Assembly: GCF_036321535.1 (NCBI RefSeq)
Contig: NC_087436.1
Span: forward strand, 91,390,001-91,454,000
Length of the DNA: 64,000 nt
Reading direction: 5' to 3'
Source of the DNA: Camelus dromedarius
Taxonomy: Eukaryota
Shown: piece by piece, positions 62,376-64,000 of the stretch
Numbering within the stretch: the stretch's first letter is position 1
Layout: the number at the start of each line of letters is the position of its first letter
Position numbers and translations under genes: made by a program
Notes under the pieces: model-generated
Database searches by the model: none
What the model saw: the letters and a program-made list of their open reading frames with translations, nothing else
Told to the model about the DNA's origin: nothing

Positions 62376-64000
62376 AGACCTCAGATGCATGTGACTTTAA
62401 CTAGTAAGCAAATATTAGTCTAACCTATTTTTAGATCTGGCTTCCTTCCTACTTTTAAAAGCAGCTGGCTTCTGGAATCCTGAAACTTTTACCAGTTTTG
62501 AGTTGTGAATCATGTTGCTTTTCTTTTTCTTTCATTTCTCCCCAAACTGGCTTAGAATTCAACTTTCTTAGTTATATCAACTAGCCTTTTTTGTTTCTAG
62601 ACTCTAAAATGTTGCTATATGTTCTTGATCTCTTTGTCTTGGGGGTTTATGACTTTAAAAATCCATTCACTTTGATTTTAGTGGAGCTCTTGGAACAGAT
62701 GAAGGTAAATGGGTGTGTAAAATCTTCTATCTTTAGTTAGCTAGGTTTTATCTTCATACTGATATAGCAGAGTTGAAAATATTATTCTCTGTCAATGTTT
62801 TATCATTTTTTTTTAATGCCATCAGTAAAAGGGAGGAGAGAGAGCATGGAGATGTCTGGTCCTGAAACTATCCTGGAGCGAGGCGGTGCTGCCAATCATT
62901 GGAAGCTACATTCAGTCAGGAAGCAATGAAGTCTCTTGGATCTGGGAACTAGAACATTGATCAGAAGGATGAGCTGCAGGACTAGACAGAAGAAGGGAGT
63001 GAAGAGACTTGCGAGATTAGAAAAGGTTGTGTGAAATTTTAACAGTTATTATGAATGGGGACATTTCGGGGAGGGTGTAGATCAGTGTTTATGAATAATT
63101 TCTGTGATGTTTTAGTTGCAAAATTGCCTAGTTAGTGTCCCAGGATTGCCTTTTTAATTAATCAACAGTAGTGATTTTCCACTTTTCTTCAAGATACTTG
63201 GAATCGTATTTATGTTTCTTTTCATGTGGCTTCATCGTGATGGACCATGTGTTATCCTGCTTTCCAGTCAAGTGATGGATACACTTTAATTGTGATACAC
63301 TTGCTTCCTTCAGAGTAATTCCAGATAACATGTTAAAATTCAGATATATTTATATACTATATCTAAACGTATAGAGTAAATTTCAAAACAGATAATGAAT
63401 AGATGGGGAAAAAACACCTAGCTAACATTGTAGTACCTCTTTTTGAGGAAAATGTGATGTGTGGCAAGCTCTCATTTCCCTGTAAGGGAAGCCTGGTGCC
63501 CACAAAAGTCTTATGGGGAAGAAGGAGAAATAGACAATGTTATCAACAGTTTATCTAAAAAAGCTTTATTACTGTATTTCTCTTTGTATTGCACTGTTCT
63601 GTGTTATTACATTGCATGATTATTCCTTCTTCTGGATCTTTTTACTCCTATTTTCTCTGCCCAATAATACTCTCTTTAATATGCATTTTATGTATAAACA
63701 TATTATAAAACATACTTTCTGAAATATGTATCAAACCTTATAATTGAATGCTATTCATACTTCATGCTATTTTCTGCTTTTCTATCACTTGAATTTATTA
63801 AGAACACTGGTCTGTTCAAGATTCCCACTTTTTCAATTTTGGCATTTTACAGTGATTCTAATGGTTCATTTCTCTGGCCTATGTTAATAAACTCACTGAT
63901 GTACAATATTAATATGTCATTTCATAATTCTTTTAATCTTGATCATCTGTACTATTTTCTTATTTTCATTTGTTTTATTTTCTTATTCCCTTATCTTATT

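Larger units (their letters stand above)
60790..62730 (-). mobile_element. HAL1-like element split by an LTR
   Basis: Left part parallels 39.7-40.4 kb ('tagactagttgttctccagg'); right part parallels 41.6-41.9 kb ('cctactttt', 'gattttagtggag...gatgaaggtaaat'). Confidence 0.6.

Overview
Non-coding, AT-rich, CpG-poor placental-mammal genomic DNA (intergenic or inside a very large intron). I found no CpG island, no convincing host exon and no functional RNA gene. The short ORFs in the track are chance ORFs, decayed L1/ERVL frames or microsatellite read-through. A tRNA-Ala-derived SINE of Vic-1 type with a target-site duplication (TSD), artiodactyl-type L1 3' ends and the apparent absence of Alu, BovB/Bov-tA, PRE1 and Can-SINE point to a camelid (inference). 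The window is largely a fossil record of mobile DNA: MIR, L2, L3/CR1, HAL1, several L1s, MaLR LTRs, a Tigger1 derivative, a decayed ERVL internal region (gag-pro-partial RT-RNase H) and three younger-looking solo LTRs. The most notable items are: (i) an LTR at ~61.5-62.4 kb with a tandem CCAAT array, two octamer motifs, TATA, polyA signal and a candidate splice donor; (ii) a TSD-flanked, internally deleted L1 at 28.7-30.9 kb with three local duplications; (iii) several nested insertions, small inverted repeats and long pure STRs. I do not see evidence for a new protein-coding system. Repeat subfamily names come from recognising consensus-like motifs by eye, not from a database search; boundaries without a stated TSD are approximate.
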